Shown here: one piece after another, positions 7,603-15,702 of the stretch | Layout: each line of letters starts with the position of its first letter | Position numbering within the stretch: the stretch's first letter is position 1 | IMG/VR virus record: IMGVR_UViG_3300038678_000203 | Location: 1-52,427 of that record | Length of the DNA stretch: 52,427 nt | Direction: 5' to 3' (one strand) | From: a virus | Taxonomy: Duplodnaviria; Caudoviricetes | The notes under the pieces: model-generated | The model's database searches: none | What the model saw: the letters and a program-made list of their open reading frames with translations, nothing else | What the model was told of the DNA's origin: nothing | Program-made: the position numbers and the translations under genes

Positions 7603-7740
7603 TCATCCCTGGTACGGATTTCCTATAATGTGAAGGATACCAGCTATCGTAGCAACAAAACCAACAACGACGCCCACGGCTAGCCATATCCACTTTTTAT
7701 TTTTTGTCTTTTTAAAAAAAGGTTTCAATCGAAATTCCAT
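7603..7740 (-). CDS. 45-aa membrane peptide, not in ORF track
   Basis: Basic N-terminus plus one TM helix (KWIWLAVGVVVGFVATIAGILHII). Confidence 0.5.
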   Translation of the reverse strand: MEFRLKPFFKKTKNKKWIWLAVGVVVGFVATIAGILHIIGNPYQG

Positions 7741-8198
7741 ACTGCACCTCCATTTGATGTAATCCAGTTTATTTGATTCTGTGTGAATTCGTCATCAGCC
7801 GAATGTGAATAATTGAACATCCAGAGATTTGAATTTTTCCAATATAAGTTCCAGTTGTTGTTGATTATCTCATTCTCAAGCTTTGTTTTTATTGCAGGAG
7901 AGATTACAGATTTAGGTATCCGGATAACAGGAAATTCGAAAGCATCCAAAATTACCTTGGCTAGATATCGCTCAGTTACTTTATTTAATAGAAGGGTATA
8001 TTTTCCTAACACCTCATCATAAGAATAGTCGATATAAGTTAAAGCTCCCTGCCTGGGATATCCGTTGATATCATTAATTGAATCAATGAAAATAGAAACT
8101 CTTGGAGAATAATCCACGTAAAGTACATTCTTTTGAATGCTATCAAGCTGACTAAATACTGAACAGCTAATGAATAATAATAGTATTGTTAATCTCAT
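7725..8198 (-). CDS. Secreted hypothetical protein
   Basis: Signal peptide VFS|Q. Confidence 0.7.
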   Translation of the reverse strand: MRLTILLLFISCSVFSQLDSIQKNVLYVDYSPRVSIFIDSINDINGYPRQGALTYIDYSYDEVLGKYTLLLNKVTERYLAKVILDAFEFPVIRIPKSVISPAIKTKLENEIINNNWNLYWKNSNLWMFNYSHSADDEFTQNQINWITSNGGAVWNFD

Positions 8199-9139
8199 TG
8201 CAAATCAGTTATTTCTAATTGTGTCAATACTCTTGGATAAATCATCATGCTACTTAATTGCCCCTCATAAGGCCTATAATTAATAGTTGAAATCTGACCA
8301 GTAAATGTAGTTGATGCTTTTGTTGTATTCGCGTCAATTATATTATTTGCATTATGATAAGCTTTGACATTTCCTTCACTGCTTATTGTCACTGCATAAT
8401 TATTTAAGCCGCTGTGATCTATACTTGACGATGTAAATTTATCATTACTCGCTCCATCACCTACCCATACAATAAACGTTGCTCCTGATTTTACTTCAAA
8501 TACTAATCTATTAAATGGAGACGCTACATTTGCACCAAAAAGTGATGACTGTATAGTAACAGGATCGCTCGCCCAAAAGAAAACAGATATATTTCTATTG
8601 GTTAAAGATAAAGGAGTATTCAAATAATCATTATCTCCATCGAAATCCAATTCCGCAGTATCAGACTCAGCCCATAATAATTTCGGCATATTGATTGCAG
8701 TTGTCTGCGTTGCATGATTCCCATTGCCGGTCTGATCAAACAATGTATCAACACCTCCCCAAAAATATTCATCGCCAACACTACCCGTAAAATTTTGATC
8801 AAATACTACTGTATCAGGCGTACCAAAAATATCACGGACTTGATAAATTGTTCCACTTGTCGGTGACCCTATTCTTGCTGAATTACCTATAACAACCTCG
8901 CTTGTTCCGTCAAACACAACCGTATCATTACTTGACGATTTTACCGTGTCGGCAGTAGAGTTAAACGTTAAAGCACTTACTAGATTATTAATAGCGTCGT
9001 ATTCAGCTGTTGGAAGTAAATCACCTCTACTAAGTGAGAATGTATTATCATCTCCCATCATAACGCCGCCAGTAGGAATTATTTGACAGTACGAAACCGA
9101 ACAGATAAAACAGAGCAATATAACCGCTTTCACCTTCAT
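8195..9139 (-). CDS. Secreted LamG/concanavalin-like lectin-fold protein
   Basis: Signal peptide SYC|Q; DQTGNGNHATQ, FDGDNDYL and IYPRVLT..EI motifs. Confidence 0.75.
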   Translation of the reverse strand: MKVKAVILLCFICSVSYCQIIPTGGVMMGDDNTFSLSRGDLLPTAEYDAINNLVSALTFNSTADTVKSSSNDTVVFDGTSEVVIGNSARIGSPTSGTIYQVRDIFGTPDTVVFDQNFTGSVGDEYFWGGVDTLFDQTGNGNHATQTTAINMPKLLWAESDTAELDFDGDNDYLNTPLSLTNRNISVFFWASDPVTIQSSLFGANVASPFNRLVFEVKSGATFIVWVGDGASNDKFTSSSIDHSGLNNYAVTISSEGNVKAYHNANNIIDANTTKASTTFTGQISTINYRPYEGQLSSMMIYPRVLTQLEITDLQ

Positions 9140-9140
9140 G

Positions 9141-9527
9141 TTAATTTATATCGATTAATAATTCTATCAGCGCCGTATCTTGTGCGACTATTGTCAAGGT
9201 ATCAATTAAAGCATAATCGCTCCCAAAATTATAAGAAAATTCCCCTGGTTTCATTACGATTCCATTCGAAGGAATTCCATCAATAGTACCTGTTACACCC
9301 GTAATCACTGCATTGCCTGTAGCTGTAAGCGGTACGTACACCGATCCACTTATCACGTTATCTGATTTATAAATATGTAGGGTATCGTCTACAATTGTAA
9401 GAAATAATATGGTTTCAGAACTGACCCGAACAGTTGTTTTGGAAGATATCGATCCAGATTCATATACTTCCTGAGCACTTAATAATAGCGTAGGAAATAA
9501 TAGAAATATAATTATTAAATTTTTCAT
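9141..9527 (-). CDS. Secreted beta-rich protein
   Basis: Signal peptide LSA|Q. Confidence 0.7.
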   Translation of the reverse strand: MKNLIIIFLLFPTLLLSAQEVYESGSISSKTTVRVSSETILFLTIVDDTLHIYKSDNVISGSVYVPLTATGNAVITGVTGTIDGIPSNGIVMKPGEFSYNFGSDYALIDTLTIVAQDTALIELLIDIN

Positions 9528-9530
9528 GGC

Positions 9531-9944
9531 TTATTTTTTTTGTCTTATTATTAAATTTCCACTAGTACACGTCGCATCATCAACTATGCCTATCCATACA
9601 TAATTAGCATGATAACCAGAAAAATTAAATACTAATTGATTCACCTCAACACCTAAGTAACTTTGCGTATAAGTAACAGTACTTAATGTTACAGGAAGCG
9701 GCAATCCACCAAATGAAGGAAGAAATGCTGGTTTTGTATCTGTCAGCGTGTAGCCAATTTTAAGACCTAATACATCGCAATTAATATCAGTAAAATCAAC
9801 TTCAATAATTGCGTGTTCTTTAATTGATATGGGCGCAAGCGTGTCCCCAGTCACTCCCGACATATCAAACATTGTATATTCCAAAAATTCCTGACCGCTC
9901 ACAAGCATCGGAATTAAACAGATAAAAAATATTAGCTTTTTCAT
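9531..9944 (-). CDS. Secreted beta-rich protein
   Basis: Signal peptide VSG|Q. Confidence 0.7.
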   Translation of the reverse strand: MKKLIFFICLIPMLVSGQEFLEYTMFDMSGVTGDTLAPISIKEHAIIEVDFTDINCDVLGLKIGYTLTDTKPAFLPSFGGLPLPVTLSTVTYTQSYLGVEVNQLVFNFSGYHANYVWIGIVDDATCTSGNLIIRQKK

Positions 9945-10144
9945 GATATAAAATTATTGTTAAATGTTAAACTTTGCAACATAATCGCGTCTTTTTTCTT
10001 CTGATCACCTTCGTAATCCTCAATAATTAGTGCTTCTGTCACCTCTGCATTAAGCGAAGCAGAGTTATCATTAGCAACTGAGACTAATTCATCAAGTCTG
10101 CCAAAATTCTGATCTACTACGTCAAATATACTTATTCCGCTCAT
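9941..10144 (-). CDS. LysM/tail-X-like protein, paralog of 11000..11302
   Basis: SG.SIFD...QNFG.LD.LV...NDN shared with 11000..11302. Confidence 0.65.
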   Translation of the reverse strand: MSGISIFDVVDQNFGRLDELVSVANDNSASLNAEVTEALIIEDYEGDQKKKDAIMLQSLTFNNNFIS

Positions 10145-10153
10145 GATTTTTTA

Positions 10154-10565
10154 AATATAAGTAGTCGCTCATTATTTAAGAGACCATTATCTTATCAATG
10201 GTCTGCCCTTTGTTAGTAATAAATACTGTTGAGTATTTCACAACTATAAATTTAAAATCACCTAATTCGTCATGATAGTTTATCAATAAAAACTCACCTG
10301 GAACATCTTCATCATCCTTTATATCATTCCAAAAAAATGAAGGTACTCCGACAACTACCCCGTCTTTACCTTGAGTTAAATTCCCATAATTCTTTTTAAA
10401 ATCATCGATATTTTGATAATGTTTAAATTGATGAATTATATTACTTCCATCAAATATAAGCGTTCTACCGCCATCATTTATATTTGAAGATTCGTTACAA
10501 TTAATTTTTATTTCCATTTTCTTAAGATTTAAATTATTATTATTATTATTACGACTACTTATATT
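10154..10565 (-). repeat. Segment bounded by perfect 14-bp inverted repeats (AATATAAGTAGTCG ... CGACTACTTATATT)
   Basis: 10154-10167 and 10552-10565 are exact reverse complements and enclose one gene. Confidence 0.85.
10176..10517 (-). CDS. Hypothetical non-structural protein inserted in tail module (start MEIKINC)
   Basis: AT-rich gene with its own leader inside inverted repeats. Confidence 0.65.
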   Translation of the reverse strand: MEIKINCNESSNINDGGRTLIFDGSNIIHQFKHYQNIDDFKKNYGNLTQGKDGVVVGVPSFFWNDIKDDEDVPGEFLLINYHDELGDFKFIVVKYSTVFITNKGQTIDKIMVS

Positions 10566-10995
10566 ATATCTTAGTGGCGTTATATTCAACAATTGATTGA
10601 AATGAAAGTACTACATTAAACCCGTCAGCATCCTTTGCGGCACGTGTAAATGCAGATTGAACGCCTGATGTATCATAGCAATTGATAGTAATCGCATAAC
10701 TATTGTCCGCAAACGCGCTTGGAAACGTAATCTTTTGTGCCCCGGCGGCTAATGTCCCAGAAACTCCTGACCTTGAATTAACCGAAGCTACTGCTACCCC
10801 CGAATCTTGTAATTCACCGACAGCATCAAGGCCCGCTAAATTACCGGGTGAAGCCGGAACTATTTTAGTTGCTTTAGTTGCAATGGCTACGGCATTAGTG
10901 CCTATATCAGTATTTAGTGCAATATCATTATCATTAATCTTATTCCTTGCGACTACGCCATCGTCATCGTTTAATACAGGGTCAAGAACTGCCAT
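10564..10995 (-). CDS. Short tail fibre/baseplate-associated protein
   Basis: ARNKINDN, GNLAGLD..G.LQDSG and ITFPSAF....Y motifs typical of fibre modules. Confidence 0.65.
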   Translation of the reverse strand: MAVLDPVLNDDDGVVARNKINDNDIALNTDIGTNAVAIATKATKIVPASPGNLAGLDAVGELQDSGVAVASVNSRSGVSGTLAAGAQKITFPSAFADNSYAITINCYDTSGVQSAFTRAAKDADGFNVVLSFQSIVEYNATKI

Positions 10996-10999
10996 ATCT

Positions 11000-11302
11000 T
11001 TAATCTATCCAAGTTTCAGTATCAATCCACTTACCCCCATCATTCCATATACCTTCAGCTAAAATCCAATCCAGTATAGTGACAGAGTAATTATTTCCAA
11101 ATGTAGTTCCGCTGTCTGATATTTCTTTTTTTACATCAGCAATACCGAGAGTAGAATTATCAATAACAAGCTCAGTCCCCGGAAAAAGATTATCAGACAA
11201 AGACAATCCGTTATCATTTGATAGAGTTACAAGATTATCCAGTGTGCCAAAATTCTGGTTCGTAATATCAAATATACTTTGTCCACTCTGTGCTTTAGCC
11301 AT
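11000..11302 (-). CDS. LysM/tail-X-like baseplate protein
   Basis: GQSIFDI..Q.FG.......L...N.L.......PG..L.I pattern; baseplate position. Confidence 0.7.
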   Translation of the reverse strand: MAKAQSGQSIFDITNQNFGTLDNLVTLSNDNGLSLSDNLFPGTELVIDNSTLGIADVKKEISDSGTTFGNNYSVTILDWILAEGIWNDGGKWIDTETWID

Positions 11303-11601
11303 TATTTAGTTTTTACAGCATCTACAAATATTTCAGGCCCATCGTTGATAATCAAAGATACAACATTATAGTTATCCCTTTGCAGTGCTTCTCTGATAGC
11401 TTTACGCTCATCATTCTTGCGAAATGGGCCGTATAGTCGTCCGGATACCCCGTAACCGAGTAAAGGATATTGGTAGAATTGTCCTTTTTCAGCTTGAAGT
11501 ATTGCCTGGATGTTTTGATCATCCGACTGACCTATCTCCCAATCTCCATCAACTATTGAAAGATCATCATTTGAATCAAATACTAAATCTTTGCTTATCA
11601 T
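11302..11601 (-). CDS. gp25/gpW-like baseplate wedge protein
   Basis: DL.I.DGD..IG.SD.Q.I..IL...KG.F.QYP..G.G motif. Confidence 0.75.
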   Translation of the reverse strand: MISKDLVFDSNDDLSIVDGDWEIGQSDDQNIQAILQAEKGQFYQYPLLGYGVSGRLYGPFRKNDERKAIREALQRDNYNVVSLIINDGPEIFVDAVKTK

Positions 11602-11603
11602 AG

Positions 11604-12155
11604 TTAGTGTTTTACTTTTGTGTTTTCAAATTCTGTTTTAGTTGATGAAGGTACGCTGTCAGTTAAGTAACCGGCTGTTAAAACAACCTTAAGTGCTGCC
11701 CCACCGTCACTAGGGACTGGCGCCCATGTATTAAAGTCTGTTTGTAATTGATCAAATAAAGCCTCTAAATCATTCAATCGATTAGTCAGAGCTATTACTT
11801 TCACCATCCCATCATTCACCCCATCGTTAAAAGTCCACTGGGTTTGCTTTGCAACTACATTACTAATCTCAGTCCATGCGCTTATAAAAGCCTCTTCTTT
11901 ACTCATAAAAGTAATTACGACAAGCGAGCCGACTGTTGGAACTACAAAAAAACCCTTGCTATCAGTATTTGACCCTTCGGTGTAATCAGCCTCTAATCTT
12001 ACATCCAGAACATCAGGACCCCCATTTGAAGGAGTCACCACGCAAGTTCTCGTTGATTCACTTACGCTTTTTACCAATCCCTGTAGAGAATAAAGTTCAT
12101 TTTCTCCGGCCCAAATCTTAATCAAATCAAATAATATGTCAGTCTCTCTTCCCAT
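11604..12155 (-). CDS. Baseplate spike (gpV/gp45-like OB fold)
   Basis: RTC.V.P......DVRL and P.VGS.V motifs; DGGAALK; terminal KVKH. Confidence 0.75.
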   Translation of the reverse strand: MGRETDILFDLIKIWAGENELYSLQGLVKSVSESTRTCVVTPSNGGPDVLDVRLEADYTEGSNTDSKGFFVVPTVGSLVVITFMSKEEAFISAWTEISNVVAKQTQWTFNDGVNDGMVKVIALTNRLNDLEALFDQLQTDFNTWAPVPSDGGAALKVVLTAGYLTDSVPSSTKTEFENTKVKH

Positions 12156-13130
12156 TTATGTAGTTTGAATATCTAAATTAAGCACCTGTCTATAGCCATT
12201 CTGACCAAATGCTATATTGACCCCTTTTATAATATACTTCCCGTCTTTCTCAGGGAACTTCAAATCTTCAATCTGAGCAATATCACCATGCTGCACCACT
12301 GGCTCACCAAATGTTGTTACCTGGCCCCGGAATCCTGAGTAGTATAGATTAGGTAGCCATCTCTCAAGGAATTCAGTCATTTGTGCTGTAGTTCTTCCGG
12401 GTACCGTCATAGTATTAAGATCACCGCCGGGGTTTCCCGTCCGAGTAACAATCGACCCATTTTCATAAAAAGTATATAGCTCAATCTTCGATCCGTCAGG
12501 TTGCACGCTTACCCCGTGAGCTACAGTATTAAGTTCTGATTCATCAAGTTTCTCAAGTCCGTCACCACGAATTATATTCCTTTGAAATTTAAAATCATGG
12601 GTTGATCCGGTGCCAGGAGTGTAAGCCAATCCTGAATTAAGCACTCCATCTCTGAACCAAGAAATTATCTTGTATTTCGTTTTCAATTCTTGAAGTACCT
12701 TTACGAGACTCACTCGGTCAATCTTAAAATTCCCTAATGTCGCATCTACTATATTAACATCACCTGAATAATTATCGGTGATAAGGGTATTCAAGGTTAC
12801 ATTCTTAGCTGAATAATTATTAATAGTCTGTTGTTTTAAGATAAAAGCCTCATCCTCACACATTACTTTCATAGGTGATTCAGGCACCACTTTTTTAACA
12901 TATCCAATGAAACGAGTGGTTAAATTAGGGTGATAACCCAGTTTAATAGTAACCGCATCATTCGTTTTAATAATACTTTTAATTGAAACTCCGTCTTTAT
13001 TGGTGATCTTAGTCGGCAGTTCAATAACAGCGGTATCGGTCAGAGTTTCCCAACTTGACGCAATGCTTACATTAGTCACATAAGTGAAACGTAAACTGCC
13101 GATTGTTATTTCTGATCTAAGTCTAAGCAT
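12156..13130 (-). CDS. Baseplate hub (gpD/gp44-like)
   Basis: SSWETLTDTA.I.LP, LGY......F.GYV, CED and G..TTFG.P motifs; follows tape measure. Confidence 0.8.
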   Translation of the reverse strand: MLRLRSEITIGSLRFTYVTNVSIASSWETLTDTAVIELPTKITNKDGVSIKSIIKTNDAVTIKLGYHPNLTTRFIGYVKKVVPESPMKVMCEDEAFILKQQTINNYSAKNVTLNTLITDNYSGDVNIVDATLGNFKIDRVSLVKVLQELKTKYKIISWFRDGVLNSGLAYTPGTGSTHDFKFQRNIIRGDGLEKLDESELNTVAHGVSVQPDGSKIELYTFYENGSIVTRTGNPGGDLNTMTVPGRTTAQMTEFLERWLPNLYYSGFRGQVTTFGEPVVQHGDIAQIEDLKFPEKDGKYIIKGVNIAFGQNGYRQVLNLDIQTT

Positions 13131-13134
13131 CTCA

Positions 13135-14784
13135 TTAATTAGATATTGCCTGCGCATCAGCAAGCATTCTGAGCCACATCTCTATAAAAGTATCTCTCAC
13201 TTCTGCTCCGGATTCTGTTATCGTTTCTGAATTTACAGAGAAATTTTCTACAAATTTGTCTATGTTAATGTTGAAAACTTTTGGAGCTGCGGATGTGATT
13301 CTAGTTACTTGGTCTGATAAATCACCCGCCCCTCCTTTTGCCGTATCATCAAATACGGTCGATTGAGTCGTAAGTAATTTACTTAATTGACCTTCATTAT
13401 CAAGTAATTCTTTTAATTGTTTTACATATATCTTAAGTGAAGCTCTCCTTTCTCTATTATTAACTCTCTCTATATTTAGCGTCCTATTAAATGATCCTTG
13501 AAATACACTTCTGGTTATTCCAACAAATGCTTTATTTATTTTTTTCTCTCCACCTAATCGTGGAATATCTTCCATGGCCTTTCTTAATTTATCACCTGCT
13601 CTTCCCATTTCAGCAAATGTTTTTACTCTAAGAACTTCCATATCAGTAACTCCCTGTATTGAAGCCTTAAAATTATCCATTTCTTTAGAGGATTTTCTTA
13701 AAGACAATTCTTTATCAGTGGTGTTTATGCGATCTATTTTTTCTAAAAAGTCAGTCGCAAATTTCGTCATGTTTCTTAAAGAGTTAGTTATTTTTCCTTC
13801 TCCTCTATTAAGATTAAGAACTAAGCCCTCCCATGCAGAGCTAAGTCTTTTTACATCAGAATTTAGATTATCTGTATTTACGCGTGCTTGCTCATAAGCT
13901 ATATTAGTGCCCGTCATTGACTCGGTAAGCTCATCAACTCTCTCCCGTTGCTTAATTAATGTTTGTGCGGCAATTACATTTTGACGGCCAAACATTTTAT
14001 TAAGTTTATTTACGTCATCTTGAATAGGAGCTAGATTTTCAAGAGCTTTGGATAAACCTACTACTTTAGGATTAATTTTTTTATCTAATGATGAACCTAA
14101 TTTAAGAAGAATATTACGCATCTGAATACCAGCACGCGCACCTTTAAGCCCTTTAGTCGATAGCGTTTCAACAGCAGCAGCAGATTGCTCTATACTTATA
14201 CCTAACGAATCGGCAACGCCTCCAAACTCCTTTAATGAGTTTGTTAAATCTGGAATTTCAGCAGCAGCAAATTTTGAACCGGCAGCCAATAAATTAATAA
14301 CCCTTGAACTCTGATCAGCTCCAAGTCCGAACTGATTAAGTGCATCAGTAAGAGCGTTTGCAGCAGCTGGTAACTCAAGTCCCGAAGCTTCAGAAAGTGT
14401 AATAGCCTCTTTAGTAACAGCAGCTAAAGCTGAAGCATTTTCAAGTAACTCAGGCTTTGCACTTGCGATTAATTTAAAAGCTTTTACAGTATCGATTGAA
14501 CTCTTAGTTGTAGCTTTTCCTAACTCGATAGCTTTCCTTTTCAAAAAATCTAAATCATCACCAGTAGCCCCGGTAATAGCTGACAGATTAGATACCTGCT
14601 CTTCAAAATCAGCCATTTTTTTAATTGAATTCCCAAGAATAGCACCAACAGCGGCAAAAGTTGCAAAACGACCAATAGTGCGCACTAAAGATTTATCAAA
14701 ACGCTGAGTACTCTGGTTGATTTTATTCATTCTGCCAGAGAACTTATCCTGAAGCGATATTAGATATCTTACATCTTGTGCCAT
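13135..14784 (-). CDS. Tail tape measure protein (TP901 core)
   Basis: FEEQVSNLSAITGATG, LNQFGL and AG..MRNIL motifs; follows chaperone. Confidence 0.9.
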   Translation of the reverse strand: MAQDVRYLISLQDKFSGRMNKINQSTQRFDKSLVRTIGRFATFAAVGAILGNSIKKMADFEEQVSNLSAITGATGDDLDFLKRKAIELGKATTKSSIDTVKAFKLIASAKPELLENASALAAVTKEAITLSEASGLELPAAANALTDALNQFGLGADQSSRVINLLAAGSKFAAAEIPDLTNSLKEFGGVADSLGISIEQSAAAVETLSTKGLKGARAGIQMRNILLKLGSSLDKKINPKVVGLSKALENLAPIQDDVNKLNKMFGRQNVIAAQTLIKQRERVDELTESMTGTNIAYEQARVNTDNLNSDVKRLSSAWEGLVLNLNRGEGKITNSLRNMTKFATDFLEKIDRINTTDKELSLRKSSKEMDNFKASIQGVTDMEVLRVKTFAEMGRAGDKLRKAMEDIPRLGGEKKINKAFVGITRSVFQGSFNRTLNIERVNNRERRASLKIYVKQLKELLDNEGQLSKLLTTQSTVFDDTAKGGAGDLSDQVTRITSAAPKVFNINIDKFVENFSVNSETITESGAEVRDTFIEMWLRMLADAQAISN

Positions 14785-14978
14785 TTATTTAAATTTTAAA
14801 GGCAATTGAGATATTGGCAATAAATGCTGACTTGCCAAGTATCTAACCCGGCACCAATTTTTAGCAATAGATTCTATAGGGTCTTTATCTGCCATCGGAT
14901 CAACGTGTAAAAAAAATAGGATTAGAGCTATCTTTTGCTCTAACCCTACAATATCAGTTTTAAGCTTATACTTGCTTA
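14785..14978 (-). CDS. Tail chaperone extension (gpGT-like) reached by -1 frameshift
   Basis: -1 frame open from the A10 run to a TAA directly before the tape measure ATG. Confidence 0.75.
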
Positions 14979-15278
14979 TTTTTTTTTTATCTCAAGATCG
15001 ACAGGTAAAGCGTACTCATTAGCAAGATTAATGCAGATTGACATTAATACTTTAGAATTTTTTTCTATCTCAGTATCGAGAGCTACGCAACATAGCTCCC
15101 AAATAACTTTCCCCGCACCTATCACATCCATTGATCCAGATGATTTAACCTGATCCAATGAAGCTTTTATTTGATCGAAAGTAGGTTCTTGAATTTCGTA
15201 ATTCAATTCTTTATCTTTAAAATCAAATGAATACTTCTGAGTTTTTCGATCCTTTATTCGTGGAGCTTTGTCAGTCAT
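14976..15278 (-). CDS. Tail assembly chaperone (lambda gpG-like)
   Basis: Between tube and tape measure; ends ATA AAA AAA AAA TAA. Confidence 0.8.
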   Translation of the reverse strand: MTDKAPRIKDRKTQKYSFDFKDKELNYEIQEPTFDQIKASLDQVKSSGSMDVIGAGKVIWELCCVALDTEIEKNSKVLMSICINLANEYALPVDLEIKKK

Positions 15279-15698
15279 CTACCTATATTTTACGTTTGAT
15301 ATTACAATATCAAAAGTTCGAGTTATGTCAGTATCTCCCGTTGTAGATTCAACGCCATCAGTTGTAAACTCCACATTCTTTAGAACATGAACTACTGGTT
15401 TCTGAGGGTTGCCAAATACTATAACAATATCGAACATAGGAATCTGAAGCAGCGATCCGTTAGGAGCCGCATCTCTCAAAGCCTCTACATCATTCATCGA
15501 AATATCCAGCGAACCGGATGAATCAATCGGACCTTTTCCTCGGCTTACAGGTCGGTTTCCCGTACCCATATTATTGGTTTTATCCTGCTCTTCAGTGTAA
15601 TTGATAGAGTTTATACCGGAAAGAGGCACGCCTAATACAACGGCTTCTATCTGAGTATAATCGTATGCTCTTCCATTTATTAATGGTGCTGCTGCCAT
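15279..15698 (-). CDS. Tail tube protein
   Basis: LINGRAYD, GI.SINY.E.Q, G.G..PVSRG.G and FDI motifs; follows sheath. Confidence 0.85.
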   Translation of the reverse strand: MAAAPLINGRAYDYTQIEAVVLGVPLSGINSINYTEEQDKTNNMGTGNRPVSRGKGPIDSSGSLDISMNDVEALRDAAPNGSLLQIPMFDIVIVFGNPQKPVVHVLKNVEFTTDGVESTTGDTDITRTFDIVISNVKYR

Positions 15699-15702
15699 AG
15701 TT

